In this document: in pieces, positions 37,569 through 50,416 of the stretch | Layout: each line of letters begins with the position of its first letter | Position numbering within the stretch: position 1 is the first letter of the stretch | Assembly: GCA_010093995.1 (NCBI GenBank) | Contig: ML992506.1 | Location: forward strand, 1,037,196 to 1,101,195 | Length of the DNA stretch: 64,000 nucleotides | DNA from: Elsinoe ampelina | Lineage: Eukaryota | Reading direction: 5' to 3' | Program-made: the position numbers and the translations under genes | The notes under the pieces: model-generated | Told to the model about the DNA's origin: nothing | Database searches by the model: none | What the model saw: the letters and a program-made list of their open reading frames with translations, nothing else

Positions 37569-38154
37569 TAGAATGCCCGTAAAAGAGATTACAGCGATTA
37601 ACGCATTCCGGGTCCTTAGCCCAGAACATCGGCCCATTCGACCAGCACAGATGGTATAGCTGCGCTGGCTATGACGACAGAGCCATCCAGACGTCCACAT
37701 AGCTGGACGATGAGACTTTGAAGGAATTACGAAAACCGGTATCGACCTTGATCTACGAAGCCATGAGAAGACCCTGCATGTTCCCCTTCCTATAGATTTC
37801 CTCGCAATAAAATTCAAACCATGATCCCTGGCTTTCTTCGAAGCCAAATGACCTCCCTAAGGAGCCTCCTGTACCACCACGCATCATGTACAACACTGAC
37901 AAATACTCTCTCCTCCAGACCCTGCTTCAACCAATTCCTACCACGCCGCCATCCCGTCACCGCCTTCTACACCCATTTCCGCGGGCGCGGGGACACTAAA
38001 ATCCCACCACGCAGATCAAGTGCCACCAGGCTATAACCCCTCCCTCCCCCCTTCACCTTCCCTCAACCTTTCAGCCGCGCCACCTCATCTCTCTGCAACC
38101 CCACCACCAACTCACACCACCACAACCCTGCCTCCCACACCCCGTCCCCTCACC

Positions 38155-39152
38155 ATGGCAGCCAAACTCCTCTTCTACATCCGCCACGCCCTCTGGCACC
38201 CCACCAACCTCTACGCCCCCGTCCCCCAAAACCATCCCTACCACGACCCGTCCCCCTCATCCTGCTGGCCCCGTCCTTCCTCCCTCGACTCCACGTCCAC
38301 CCTTCGCCCCGAGACAGACGCCGAAAAAGCCTCCCCTCGATCGACCACCAAGGCCAAGGCGAAGAGGTGGCTCTCCCCTCGCGTGCTCGCTGATGCGACT
38401 ATCGGACTATCAGATGGGTTGACGGTGCCGTTTGCGTTGACGGCGGGGCTGTCGGCGCTTGGGGACACGAGGGTGGTCATCTACGGGGGTTTTGCGGAGT
38501 TGTTTGCCGGGGCGATTTCGATGGGGGTGGGAGGGTATTTGGGGGCGAGGGGGGAGTGGTGAGTCCTCTTTTCTTTGTTCTTTAGGTGTCTGAGTGGGGA
38601 TGTGGTTGATGAGAGATGTGGTTGGCGGGGAAAATGCTGATTTTGGGTAGTCAGGCGTATGATGCCGCGCTGGTGTCGACGAGGCAGGATGTAATGAGGG
38701 GGTCGAAGGCGGTGGATGAGCAGATCCGGGAGTCGTTTGCGGAGTATGGACTGTCGGAGAGTACTTTGGAAGCTGTGACGGCGGAGTTGAAGAGCTCGCC
38801 GGATGCGCTAGAGGGATTTCTGATGAAGTTTCACCACGAGCAGAATGATGAGGCGGGGTCCGGGGCGAGGGCGTATGTTTCGGGGCTGACGATTGCAACG
38901 GGATATTTCCTTGGTGGACTTCTGCCGCTTCTACCTTATCTGTTCTGCAAGAACATGAGCACGGCGTTTTGGCTGAGTTGCGGTGTTATGATCAACGTTC
39001 TTTTCATTTTCGGCAGCGGCAAGACCTGGTTGATCGAAGGGCAGTCGAAGCGAGGATGCTTCTGGTCTGGAGTGCAGATGGTTGTACTCGGAGGGTTGGC
39101 AGCTGGTGCAGCGATGGGATGTGTCATGGCTATCGGAGGCGTAGAAGGCTAA
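38155..39152 (+). CDS. CCC1: VIT1/CCC1 vacuolar Fe/Mn transporter
   Basis: DATIGLSDGLTVPFAL, AELFAGAISMGVGGYLG, GGLLPLLPY; intron ~38559-38650. Confidence 0.9.
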
Positions 39153-40434
39153 TTGGTCTTCTTTGCCGCTACTGCATTTGCCGGTGTGCGGCTTGCAATG
39201 TCAGAGACTATCACTCCCAAGATCCAGCAGTTTACTGCGAAGAAGGAGATGGTCGAGTGCCATAGCTGGATGAAAGTGGAGTTGCCCAGAAACTCGAGCT
39301 GATAGCCTTGTTGCAGCCATATTGCTTGACCAACGGCCCAAGCTGCCAGAGCTGAGATGCCCAGGGTACGATTGCGCATGAAGACCGAGTCGGGTAAGTA
39401 GAAGGGCAGGAAGACCATGTACCACAGGAAGTACTGACTGGTACAGACTTTGTTGAATGTGACAAATGCAAAAGTTTGAGCAAGCATGGTGCCAGCGAGG
39501 TCCTTTCTGCTCAACGCCAATGGGATGGTGACCACAGCGAGGAACAGCTGAGGGACAAACGCCAGAGCTTCCACTTTGAGACCCGATCCAGAGCCGACGG
39601 CGGAGCGTAGATGAAGTAGCGTGCTATAGACGGAAAAGTTGTGGCGATGGTCAATCCGTGTCAGGTGATATGCATAGCTATGCTCAACGAACGGCCATCC
39701 GTACCTGCAACATATCAGTGCTTCGCCCTGAACCCAGACATTGAGACCTACGTCGAGTACATCACCACATTCAATCCCATGAAAGTCACACCTGCCGCGA
39801 TTCCCAACATCACCACCTCCCGCCTCATCACCCTCTCCCACACCCCACCCTCTCTCCTCCCTGCAACCCACCACACCAAACTCGCCGCATAAACAAACGG
39901 ATAAATCTTGAAATGGACCGCCAACCCCAGCACCGCCCCTCCCACTAGCCACTGCCCTCTCAACACCGCCCACAACACCGCAACCACAAACACCGCCAAC
40001 AACCCCTCACTGCTCCCCCTAGTACTAATATTCGCCACCATCGGATTCAACACCCAAACAGCAGCATACCTACACGCCCTCTCGCTCCCAAGCCCATATC
40101 CACCCTTCCCCTTCTCCCTGCGCAACACATCATAGATCAACCACCCAGCCACTAAATCCCCCAGCGCGAACAACACCTTGCCAAAATCAAACGAGCCCGG
40201 CCACACAGTTGGGTACAGCAACCACGCCAACAGCGGGGTATACCGGTACGTATCCCGCTGGTAGGGCGACTGCCCGCGCGAGATATACCGCGACGCGTCA
40301 GTGAAGACGAGGTAGTCGATGTCGGTGTACTTGAGGGGGGAGTGGGTGTCTTGGTAGCGGCCCCATGTCAGGAGGAGGAGGCGGAGGAGGAAGGAGAGGA
40401 GGAAGAGGGTGGGGGAGTTCCAGAGGCGGGACAT
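39149..40434 (-). CDS. GPI14: GPI mannosyltransferase I (PIG-M)
   Basis: KYTDIDYLVF, YRYTPLL, ISTRGSSE, HFKIYP, DHRHNFS, FNKVCTSQYF; one intron. Confidence 0.95.
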
Positions 40435-40703
40435 CCTGGAATTTCGAAGTTTGGATTGCAAAGGCTTTATCGAGACATTTTCGGCGCGATTGGATTGCGA
40501 TTGGGGAGATGGGGTGGGAATTGATGGAGAAGAAGATGGAGAAGGTGGACAGGTGTGCATGGGCCACTTGGCTGGAAAGCTTCATTTATGGGCACTCGAG
40601 TCAGGATGGGACACGTTTTGAATGTATTGGGGTGGTTTCAATTACTGTCAATTGCATTGCTCCCTCACATGCTTGAAATGTTGTACGTCCGATCATCTCG
40701 TAT

Positions 40704-41510
40704 CTAAGTTGCCACGCCAATGCTGTTGTTCGACATTGCCGCCTCAAAATTCTTCTCGATGGGATTGAAGCTGAAGCTGTGGCTGGTCGGTGAGACCAAC
40801 GGCGAAGGAGTCGAGGGAACAACAAAGCTGTTTGCACTCTTGACAGAAATACTAGCTCCGCTGGTGCCACTCCACGCCCGTGCCAACTTGGGTCGAGCCC
40901 ATTCCGTCCAGCTCTTCTTCAGCTCGATTGGGCCCTCCTTGAGGGCGCCATTCATTTTGACACCCTCGTCGCCCTTCTTGCAGTCGGCCGCACAGCCTTC
41001 GCCAAATTGGTCCTTGAATTGAAGTGCATCAATTAGACGGAGGACTTCATCGACGCTTCGACCAATGTCAGCATCATTGACAGAAATGTTACGGACGACA
41101 CCCTTGGGATCGATAATGAAGAGACCCCTTTGAGAGACTCCCTCGCTCTCAATGAGCATGCCGAATTTGCGGGTGACATTGTGGTTGCAGTCGCTAACAA
41201 GAGGGACGTGAACGCCGCCAAGGCCACCCTCCATTTCGGATGTGTGGTTCCACGCACGAAGCGTGTGCTCGGAATCGGTCGAGATGAAGGCAACAGCACA
41301 CGTGCGGCTGTAGAGAAACTCCTCCAGACGAGCGGAAAAGGCTCGAATTTCTGTTGGGCAAATGTAGGAGAAGGCCCTGGGAAAGAAGACAAGGCAGGTC
41401 CAGTGTCCAGCATCGGCGTAGGCACTGAGGGAGAACTCCTTCATGCGTCCGTCCATCACAGCGGTAGCCGTGAAGTCGGGCGCGGCTTGACCGACAGCGA
41501 CTTGTGACAT
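40704..41510 (-). CDS. AhpC/TSA peroxiredoxin-like protein with Ser-rich C-terminal extension
   Basis: APDF, FPRAFSYICPTE (peroxidatic Cys), GGLG, RGLFIIDP, GRSVDEVLR. Alternative start at 41615. Confidence 0.88.
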   Translation of the reverse strand: MSQVAVGQAAPDFTATAVMDGRMKEFSLSAYADAGHWTCLVFFPRAFSYICPTEIRAFSARLEEFLYSRTCAVAFISTDSEHTLRAWNHTSEMEGGLGGVHVPLVSDCNHNVTRKFGMLIESEGVSQRGLFIIDPKGVVRNISVNDADIGRSVDEVLRLIDALQFKDQFGEGCAADCKKGDEGVKMNGALKEGPIELKKSWTEWARPKLARAWSGTSGASISVKSANSFVVPSTPSPLVSPTSHSFSFNPIEKNFEAAMSNNSIGVAT

Positions 41511-42184
41511 GGTGGATGTGGGCTGCGACGGCGTGGTAGCAAATTGTGATTCGTCAATCGTCTTCGTGAGAAGCGGAAGCGTCTTGATCGTCCTCTGACT
41601 GATAGAGTGCTCCATGAGGGCTCGATAGATGTGAAGGAAGATGAAGTTGCGAGGGCAGAAGAGTGATGGTGGAATTGAGAAATGGGACTACTGTACTACT
41701 GAAATATAGCCATCTGGAATCTGAATGCGGACATGACCGGACCTAGATGATGTAGCATAACGTCTAGATCATTGCATGCCACGAGGCCTGCTGCCGGTGT
41801 CACTGTTCACAGAACGATTCTTTGTGTTAGCCGAACGAGATTTCCGTTTGCGGTGTGTTTGGTCTCGAGAGGCCTGTCGCCACCATTGTGATGGTCTACG
41901 GCGCATGGTCCATGCGTCAGCTGCTTCTAGGCCCTTACCGTATGATGCAGGGACTTCGATGGGGACGTTTTCGATTGCGATGGATGAAGAATTGAGAGAA
42001 CATGATGCGTCAAGGTGTGTCCTTGGTGGAGCAATTTTGTGTCTGGGAGCTCGCCAAAACCTGCCTCAAGTCATGCGGCTCTGCGCACCACCAAATGCGG
42101 ACATGACAGGATCAGGGCACCCTCCTTCACATTCCTCCCAACCACAACATTGACATTAAGTGGCTGGATTATTTGAGCCGAACG

Positions 42185-43121
42185 ATGGGCCAGAAGAGGT
42201 CTCGAAGCGAGACAATGGAAGATCCCAAGTCACAATCACCCTTTCTTCCGATGTTCGAGGGTTTCCGAAAAGAGCTCGACGAGCATCATGATAGGCGGGA
42301 GAGAGTGATCAAGCGATCTAGAGATATCACTGCCGCATCCAAGAAAATGTAGAATACCTTTGAATGGTCTTTGTTTGAATGTTACTGATATTTGCACAGC
42401 ATCTTCGGTCTGCAGCGGTAAACACACACCAAGAGGAAAAGCGGCACTGTGACTGATATCGAGCAGAATGCGCACAATTGGACAGCCACTGCCTGGCCAT
42501 GTTCAAAAAGCGATCAACCCATATGAGGACACCATAACGACCAATTATGCAGAAGTCGCCTCCGATCTGCAAGGATCGAACAATTATCGCTACGCTCGCC
42601 AGATCTCGGGTGGCAATCAAGAGTATACCGAAGCTGTCACATTCCACCACTATCTCGAGCATGGAGAGCTTATATCTTACGAAGATCTTCGCCAAAGATT
42701 GGTTCAGCTCACGAAGAAGGACGAATCGGACATCCAAGGTGTCGAATTCAGTATCGAGGACTATGTGCTTGGAATATACGACATGACTGGTGAAGTGATG
42801 CGCTTCGGAATCACTGCCATGGCTACCAGTGGCGAGCTTCCTTCGGTAGCGGGCCATCCAATTATCCAGTCAGATAGCAGCCCACCTCAGAGGACCGTAT
42901 TGAGCGACCTTCGAGTATTGAGATCTGCTCTCGACAGCCTTGAAGTTGGTGGCGGATCACCATTTGCCAAAGACGTGTCGAGCAAAGCGACCGTAATGAG
43001 GACGAGTGTCGAGAAGGTTGAGAAGGCGCTGTATGGACTGACCGTCAGAGGAGCCGAGAGGCCAAAGGGCTGGATGCCGGATCTAGAGAGTGGTCGACGA
43101 GATATTGATGTCGAGAGCTGA
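42185..43121 (+). CDS. Translin-associated factor X (TRAX)
   Basis: ELDEHHDRRERVIKRSRDITAASKK, an ~18-nt microexon IFGLQR, QEYTEA, DYVLGIYDMTGE, SVEKVE. Confidence 0.88.
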
Positions 43122-43911
43122 GGCAGCATTTCTTCGAGCACGTTCTTGGGCTCCATACCAGCATCAAAAGATGTTTGTTATATGTCAAGGCGGTGTTCCA
43201 GCCACGCTCTCCGCTGACGTTGCCGCGATGGAATCACTTGGTGGTTATGAGCCCGGCGCGTGGTCCTACCAAGGCGTACATTGTCCTCACCTCATGGAAG
43301 CGGGCTTGGCACACCGTTTTTGGAACGACCTATCGACCTGTTCACCACTGGACGTTGCCTAGTACGGTCACAACCAAGGGAAGTTGCACTGCTAATGTAG
43401 TCAACACTACAGGGACTCTGTTGCATCGAGGGACAGTCGGAACATGACCTCTGTCGAGATTGATCTTGATATAGTACAAACCTATGGTCTCTAACTGATT
43501 ATGAGTCAAAGAAATCTTCACGGCTTCTGGTAATGCAAATAATCGGTCGTGGGTTCAGGCTTGTACTCGAGCAAAGCAAATTCCAACTATGCTGTGTCAT
43601 GATATACTTCGCACCACATGCAGACGCATCATGAGTGCACGATACGAAAGCACGGGATTATGTAATGCGTCATCTTTGTGTTGCCAAAGTACATGTCTTC
43701 TTGCCAGCACCGGTCCATTGACCATTGCCGCCGGACCCACGTGATCTCGGCAAGACTTGCCCATCTCCGTCCAAGCACTTGACATCACCACGACCTCTCA
43801 CAATTCCCACAACGACTGCCTACCTCCAACCATTCTCCCCCATGCCTTGTCCTTCATGACAACCCAATCAATCCCCCACAACCACCACCCACCCTTCCAC
43901 ACCCTCCGACA

Positions 43912-44688
43912 ATGGCTCCCACCCGCCGCTACCTCCGCCTCACCCGCTACTCCGTCCTCGAAACCCGCATCTACCTCGAACAACCCTCCCTAGGCCCCAC
44001 GTGGCTCCTCTCCGCGCGCTCCCCCGCGCTCCCCCGCATAATAGCCGCCATCCGGCCCCTGATCCTCCCCAAACTGCGGGAAGAAAACGAAAACGCAAAG
44101 AAGAAGGGGGCCAAGAAGCGGAAAGCGACCAAGGACACGGTCACGGGGGAGGATTTCGAGGTGGCGCTGTTTTTGACCGAGGGGGGCAGTAGGCATGCGA
44201 TTTTGAGGAAGGAGAAGAGTTTTGCGCCGGGGGGGAAGGGGAGGTTGGGGGGTGGGAGGAGGATGGGGGTTGGGAATGCGGGGGGTGAGGGAGGGGAGGC
44301 GGTGGTGGTGAGGGAGGAGAGTGATGGGGAGGATGGGCTCGGGAGGAGGTTGGAGGATATTCCGCTCAGGGGTCAGGAGGGCGAGGGGGATGGGGGGGTG
44401 GTGGAGGTGAGTTCGGATGAGGAGGGGGTAGGGATTGGGAGAGGGAGGAAGAGGAAGAGAGGGGTGGTGCAAGAGGAGGATGGTGAGGGCGAAGAGGATA
44501 AGAAGAAGTTGGGGCTGAAGACGCAGTATGAGGGTTTCAGTATCTACGGGAGGATATTGTGTTTGATTGTGAAGCGGAAGGGGGTCAAGGCGAGGGCAGA
44601 AGCGCCGGCAAACAGCAGTCAGATGTTGGAGAATTGGGTCAGTACGCAGATGGAGCAGGATGGGGTAGGGTTGGATGATGAAGGATGA
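43912..44688 (+). CDS. Conserved fungal hypothetical protein
   Basis: 258-aa ORF with ordered ends (RYLRLTRYSVLETRIYL; YEGFSIYGRILCLIV) and a charged, NLS-like middle. Confidence 0.75.
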   Translation: MAPTRRYLRLTRYSVLETRIYLEQPSLGPTWLLSARSPALPRIIAAIRPLILPKLREENENAKKKGAKKRKATKDTVTGEDFEVALFLTEGGSRHAILRKEKSFAPGGKGRLGGGRRMGVGNAGGEGGEAVVVREESDGEDGLGRRLEDIPLRGQEGEGDGGVVEVSSDEEGVGIGRGRKRKRGVVQEEDGEGEEDKKKLGLKTQYEGFSIYGRILCLIVKRKGVKARAEAPANSSQMLENWVSTQMEQDGVGLDDEG

Positions 44689-45139
44689 GGAGGCAAAGAT
44701 CTGAGTTGTCTCATATGACGACCGCTCAAGGATAACAGATACAAGGGCTCCTTGGCTGAAGAAGATCTGACGGATTGGTCGACAGACACGTCACTTCGAA
44801 GCAGCGAGCTGATCTGGCACCCACCAACACCGCACAGCTGCGAAGACGCAGAGGGCGAAGGAGACAATCGCACGACAGAAGCTGCACCCCTTGGCCATGG
44901 ACGGAGTCGAGACACATTGGTCAGAAAGCGGACGAGAATACAGTGAAGATCAACCTCAAGGGCAGAATGTGTGACCAGCGTGTGCTTGTCCGCTCGAGAG
45001 CAGGCGAGGATCTAGTGAGAAGACTAGCGAGCACGTAGAATGCGGAGCTGTCGAAAGCTCGACGCACAAGATAGACATCGAAGACGCTGTCATCGCAGTA
45101 TACCTTCCACTTCTGCCACACTTCCTCTCGCTGATTTCC

Positions 45140-46689
45140 TCACAACCACGTCCCCAAATTCACATGCACCGCCTTCTTATTCGTATAAGCATCCAACCCA
45201 GCCTCTCCCAGCTCCCTCCCAATCCCACTCTGCTTGACACCCCCGAACGGAATCCTGAAATCCGAATCGTTACTGCTGTTAATCCACACCATACCCGCCT
45301 CTATCCTTCTCGCAATCTTATGCGCCCTGACCATGTCCCTCGTGAACACGGCACTGCCCAGCCCATACATGGTGTCATTTGCCTTGGCCAATGCTTCCTC
45401 CTCAGTCTTGAAGCTAGCGATCACGACAAAGGGGCCGAAGACTTCTTCCTTGAAGATGCGCATGTTGTCTTTCACGTCTGTGAAGATGGTGGGAGAGATG
45501 AAGTAGCCCTTTCCTGCGGCGTCTTTGAAGGGTTCTCCGCCTGCGACGAGAGTGGCGCCGTCTTCTTTGCCGAATTCGACGTATTTGAGCACTCGCTCGT
45601 ATTGTGTCTTGGTGACTTGTGGGCCTTGGAAGGTGGTCTCCTCGAACGGGTCGCCGACGACGCTGGTGGTTTTGACGTGTTCTTTGAATTGCTTGATGAA
45701 TTCGTCGTAGACGCCTTCTTGGACGAGGATTCGAGAGGTGGCCGTGCATATTTGTCCCATGTTACTCATGATGCCGATGTGCGCCCATTTGACTGCTTGA
45801 TCGAGGTCGGCGTCGTCGAAGACGAGGAGAGGAGATTTGCCGCCGGTCTCGAGGGTGATGTTCTTCATAGTCCCAGCGGCTTGCTTCATAATCTCTCGAC
45901 CTGTGATGGTGGATCCGGTGAAGGCAATCTTGTCGACGTTTGGATGCTGGACGAGAGCTGCGCCTGCTACACGACCCAGACCATTGATGATATTCACCAC
46001 GCCTGGTGGAAAGCCAGCTTCCTTGATAAGATTGGCAAAGTAGAGGATGGAAAGTGGTGTCTGTTCAGCTGCTTTGAGGACGACGGTATTTCCTGCTGCA
46101 AGAGCTGGACCAAGCTTCCATGCTGCCATTGCGAGTGGGTAGTTCCAAGGGATGATCTGACCGCATACTCCTACAGGTTCGCGAATGGTGTAGGCAAGTT
46201 TCGCTGGGCCAGTGTCGATGACTTGACCGTGGAGTTTGTCCGCATAGCCAGCATAGTATTTGAGGGTGCCAGCGACCTCGGCGAGATCTTCGTTCAGGGC
46301 TACAGAGTATGGTTTGCCATTGTCCCAGGTTTCGATCGTTGCGAGAGTCGGAGCATGCTCGGAGACAAGTTGTGAAAGCTTGTACATAAGGTCACCACGT
46401 TCCGCAGGTGTTATGTCGCGCCATTCGCCGTTGAAGGCATCTCGTGCAGCCTTGACAGCTTGATCGATGTCTTCGGCAGATGCTCCAGTGACTTCGCAGA
46501 TCGTCGACTCGTCCCTGTGTGATGTAAGTCCATTGATAGGGAGAGTGTGAGAATGGAATCTTACGATGGGTTTATGCTTGTGATTTTCTCCCCAGAACCC
46601 TTGACCCATTCATTGTTGATGAACAGACCTGTAGGCTGAGCATACTCGACTCCGTTCGGCGCCTTTAGTTTCACTGATAGGTCCGACAT
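45140..46689 (-). CDS. Aldehyde dehydrogenase
   Basis: [46 protein letters not shown]; one intron at ~46564-46516. Confidence 0.95.
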
Positions 46690-47011
46690 TGTGGTTCGGA
46701 AGGAGATCGCAGACTTTGCTGGTCGAAAGGTCAATGGTGAATGCAGAACCTGGGTGCTAAAGGTTCGCAGGAAACGATTGAGCATGGAAACAGTCAAAAG
46801 AGGGGGAAATGCGATTATATACTGCAGGTGACAAGCTTATCTTGGGTGGAGGGGCAATGGTGGGATGAGGCCGGAGTTCGGAGCCGAGATGGACCGGAGT
46901 CAATCTCTCTTTGGACGACATGGACCATTCACTGCAACATCAACATATCATCAAGTCCACCAGAAACAAGTACGGCGAAGAACGGAGGCACCAACAACTA
47001 CACATCATTTC

Positions 47012-47476
47012 ATGTTCCGACGACTTGCTGTTGGCAATCTCCGCCAGATCCGCAACATGGCAACCTCATCAAATCCGATGGAAGATGCGCTGCGGAGAAA
47101 GGTACATAAGACTAGCATCGAAGTCGTTCGACAAAATTGACGATGGCAGATAACAGACGCACTCGCACCGACTAGTCTAGAGGTGTCCAATGATTCGCAC
47201 AAGCATTCCCATCACAAGGCCATGGAAGGCGTCACTTCAAAGGAGACACATTTCAGGTAAGTAGGCCTTATCGGATACGGGTGGCAAAGCCGTTGACGTG
47301 GAAGGGTGAACATCGTCTCGGAAGCGTTCAAGGGTAAGATGCAGCCCGCGAGGCATCGGCTAGTCTACGGGCTGTTGAAGGACGAAATGGCGGCAGTTGG
47401 AGGTATACATGCACTGCAGCTAAAGACAAGGACGCCGGAGGAGGATGAAAAGGTAAAAGCAGCTGGGTCGTCATGA
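47012..47476 (+). CDS. Mitochondrial BolA-like protein
   Basis: Three exons: presequence MFRRLAVGNLRQIR, NDSHKHSHH, ETHFRV, RHRLVYGLL, GIHALQLKT. Confidence 0.88.
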
Positions 47477-47681
47477 TCTGAATCTATGTACAACTAGGTA
47501 CGCTCAATGCTGGAAGACTGCCGACTGTAACTATGTTGATTGGTATGCGGTACCAGGGGACGAGGTCTTGATCCTATACCGACGCCCCTACTGGACGAGA
47601 GGCGACCTCGTCGAGTTCGAGCATGAAGCCATGTTTGGACTGAATGAAGGGCGGCTTGGGGGAAGATCACACCTCGTACTC

Positions 47682-48437
47682 CTAGCTGGGAGGGAGATCC
47701 TCGACGGAAACGGCCTTACCGGAACCTTGAGAATTCAAAAAGCTGAGGTAGCAGTTCCATCCTGTGGAGATTAGATTAGATCTTCTTCAACGAGACACAT
47801 ACTGACCAAGCGAGACCACATTGACAACCAATACACGATGTTCCAATGGTACAAACTTGAAATTGGTCATCTGGATCCAAGGCCAGACCATCCAATTCTT
47901 CGTAAGAGCGGTCTTGTAGGTCGAGTCCAGCTTTTCCTTGGGGTCGGATCCTTCCATGATGGCCATTGAAGACAAGAAGCAGAACAAGTTGGTGCTAGCA
48001 AACACAGTCTGGTCCAGTCCAACACGAGCGAGGATCTCCAAATTCGGGGAGCCAGGGATCCTGACCTTACGCTGTAGGAAACCAAACCAAGTCGTTGCTG
48101 CCGGTCCAAAGACAGCTTGGCAGTATCAGGCCTGCGCGAGCATCTGTATATTTTGGTACTTACCGCCACCGTATAAGGTCATACGACCAGTCCTGGCAAG
48201 ATCTTGATTTGATAAGCCTCTCTTCTCCACCAATTGCTGAGCCATTGTGTCGCCCGTTGCGAAAAGAACCTTGCGGCGATATCAGGGACAGATATCGGAG
48301 AGCATCGTGCATCTTCTTACCGCAGTAGTAATGCTCTGGGTCAGCATTGGGCGCGACGCCAGCTTGGCCTGATACCTGCAATCACATTAGATCTGCTCTT
48401 GACACTTCTCTGGATAGTATGCTCACCATCGCAGCAT
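47682..48437 (-). CDS. SYM1: Mpv17/PMP22 family protein
   Basis: Multi-exon; [41 protein letters not shown]. Confidence 0.88.
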
Positions 48438-48984
48438 CTTGGGCGAACTGTCAGCTGCTTTGTTGCAATTCGTCCGGACTCGATGCCGGTGATAAGGAAA
48501 AGGTCCCCTGGAATTTTTGATGACAAGCAGGGTTGTGGACCCCGAACAACAGCTTCGTTTTTGGTGGAGCTTCCCTCCCGTGGTCAGGGCTGCACCTGCC
48601 AAAGCTGCCTCTGCCGCATGAGGTCATGCCTGGGCGGATCTGTCCGCCCCTCGCTTCTTTGAAAAGTTTAACGAAACGGTGCCCCTCGCTGACCCCCACG
48701 TTTCGCATCTTGTTTGGTTTGGGAAAGCTTTGCGCTCGCGTTTGCCAAATTCTTGTCCCTGAACCGTTCGCGTTCGATCAGCTGTCACTTTGACTCAGAA
48801 GAACAGAACCACCGCAAACAGAACGCCATCTTTCGCTACCAGACAAACATGCTCCGGAGTGTTCCGATATAAACAGAATGTAGGCATGAGTCAACAAGGT
48901 ATCTCTTAAGGTTCTCAGGTCCTGTCTCTCAATCTTGCACATCCTCTCCACTATCAATCAAGGCTATCAACATCATCATCTGCC

Positions 48985-50416
48985 ATGGCAGCTCAAGCTC
49001 AAGATGGTGTCCTGCCTGAAGGGGTCTCCTCCATTCTGGATACAGATCTATACAAGTTGACCATGCAGAATGCAGTCCTGAAATTCTTCCCAGACATTGG
49101 TCAGTACAGAGCTCACCTGAATGAGGTCATCTTCTCACTTCACTGAAGACGTCAAATACAAATTTACCAATCGCACCACTCATCTCAGTCTCAACAAGAA
49201 GGCATACAAGTGGTTGCAAATCCAGGTTCAGAATCTTGCCAACATACAAACCACAGCCGACGAGATTCACTTCCTCACACAGACATGCAAGTACTTTACA
49301 CCAGAGTACCTCATCTTCCTTCGACAGTTCCGCTTCAGACCAGAATCACAGGTTGAGGTTACCTTTCAACCAAAAGAGCAGGGCTCGGACGAGGGCCAAG
49401 TATCCATTATAGTCTCTGGCAAATGGGTCGATACAATCCTGTACGAGATTCCACTCCTGGCGCTGGTGTCCGAGGCATATTTCAAATTCTGCGACGTGGA
49501 ATGGAACCATGACGGACAGGAAGAGAAAGCGTATGAGAAGGGCATAAAGCTGATGCAGGCGGGCTGCAACTTCTCGGAATTTGGGAGCAGAAGGCGTAGA
49601 GACTACAGAACACACGAGTTGGTCATGGAAGGCCTGCAAAAGGCCAACAAAGTGGCCGTGTCTAAAGGATATCCTGGCAGACTTGCAGGTACCAGCAATG
49701 TCCACTTCGCCATGCGATTTGGTGTTGCCCCGATCGGTACAGTAGCCCATGAATGGTTCATGGGCATCGCCGCTGTCACGAATGATTACAAGCACGCCAA
49801 CGAGCTCGGCCTCAGATATTGGGTTGGCACTTTCGGACTGGGTACTTTGAGCATTGCGCTTACCGACACGTTTGGCACGCCGGACTTCCTTAAGGCTTTC
49901 GCGAAACCCACACCCAACGAATACTCCCTCAAGTCGACCGACCCGTCCAAGGCTCCCAGCTATGCAGAGATCTTCACGGGTACTAGGCAAGACTCAGGTA
50001 ATCCCGAAGAATTCGTCAAGCTGGTCAAGAAGTTCTACACTACACAGAATATTTCCGACCATAAGACTGTCGTCTTCTCCGACTCATTAGACGTCGAGAA
50101 GTGTATCCACTACAAGAAGATCACAGAGCAAGCTGGACTGACACCGAGCTTTGGCATCGGCACTTTCCTGACCAACGACTTCGTCGACAAGAAGACGGGG
50201 GGAAAGAGTGTGCCGCTAAACATTGTCATCAAGATCGCTGAAGCAGGAGGCCGCCCGGCGGTCAAGATTAGCGACAACCTAGGCAAGAACACAGGCGACA
50301 GTAATGAAGTGGCCAGGGTGAAGCAGGAGTTGGGGTATGTCGAGAAGGACTGGAAGGACGGTGATGAATCTCAAAGATGGGGCAAACAGGGTGACGTGGC
50401 GGTTGGAACAGGTTGA
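48985..50416 (+). CDS. NPT1: Nicotinate phosphoribosyltransferase
   Basis: SILDTDLYKLTMQ (exon 1), YEIPLL, EFGSRRR, GTSNV, GTVAHEW, LTDTFGT, RQDSG, KISD. Confidence 0.96.

Noticed and set aside
45164..46375. 403-aa antisense ORF over ALDH (similarly 61538-62599 over the Atg28-like gene)
   Set aside because: Antisense shadows of well-supported genes with biased codon usage.
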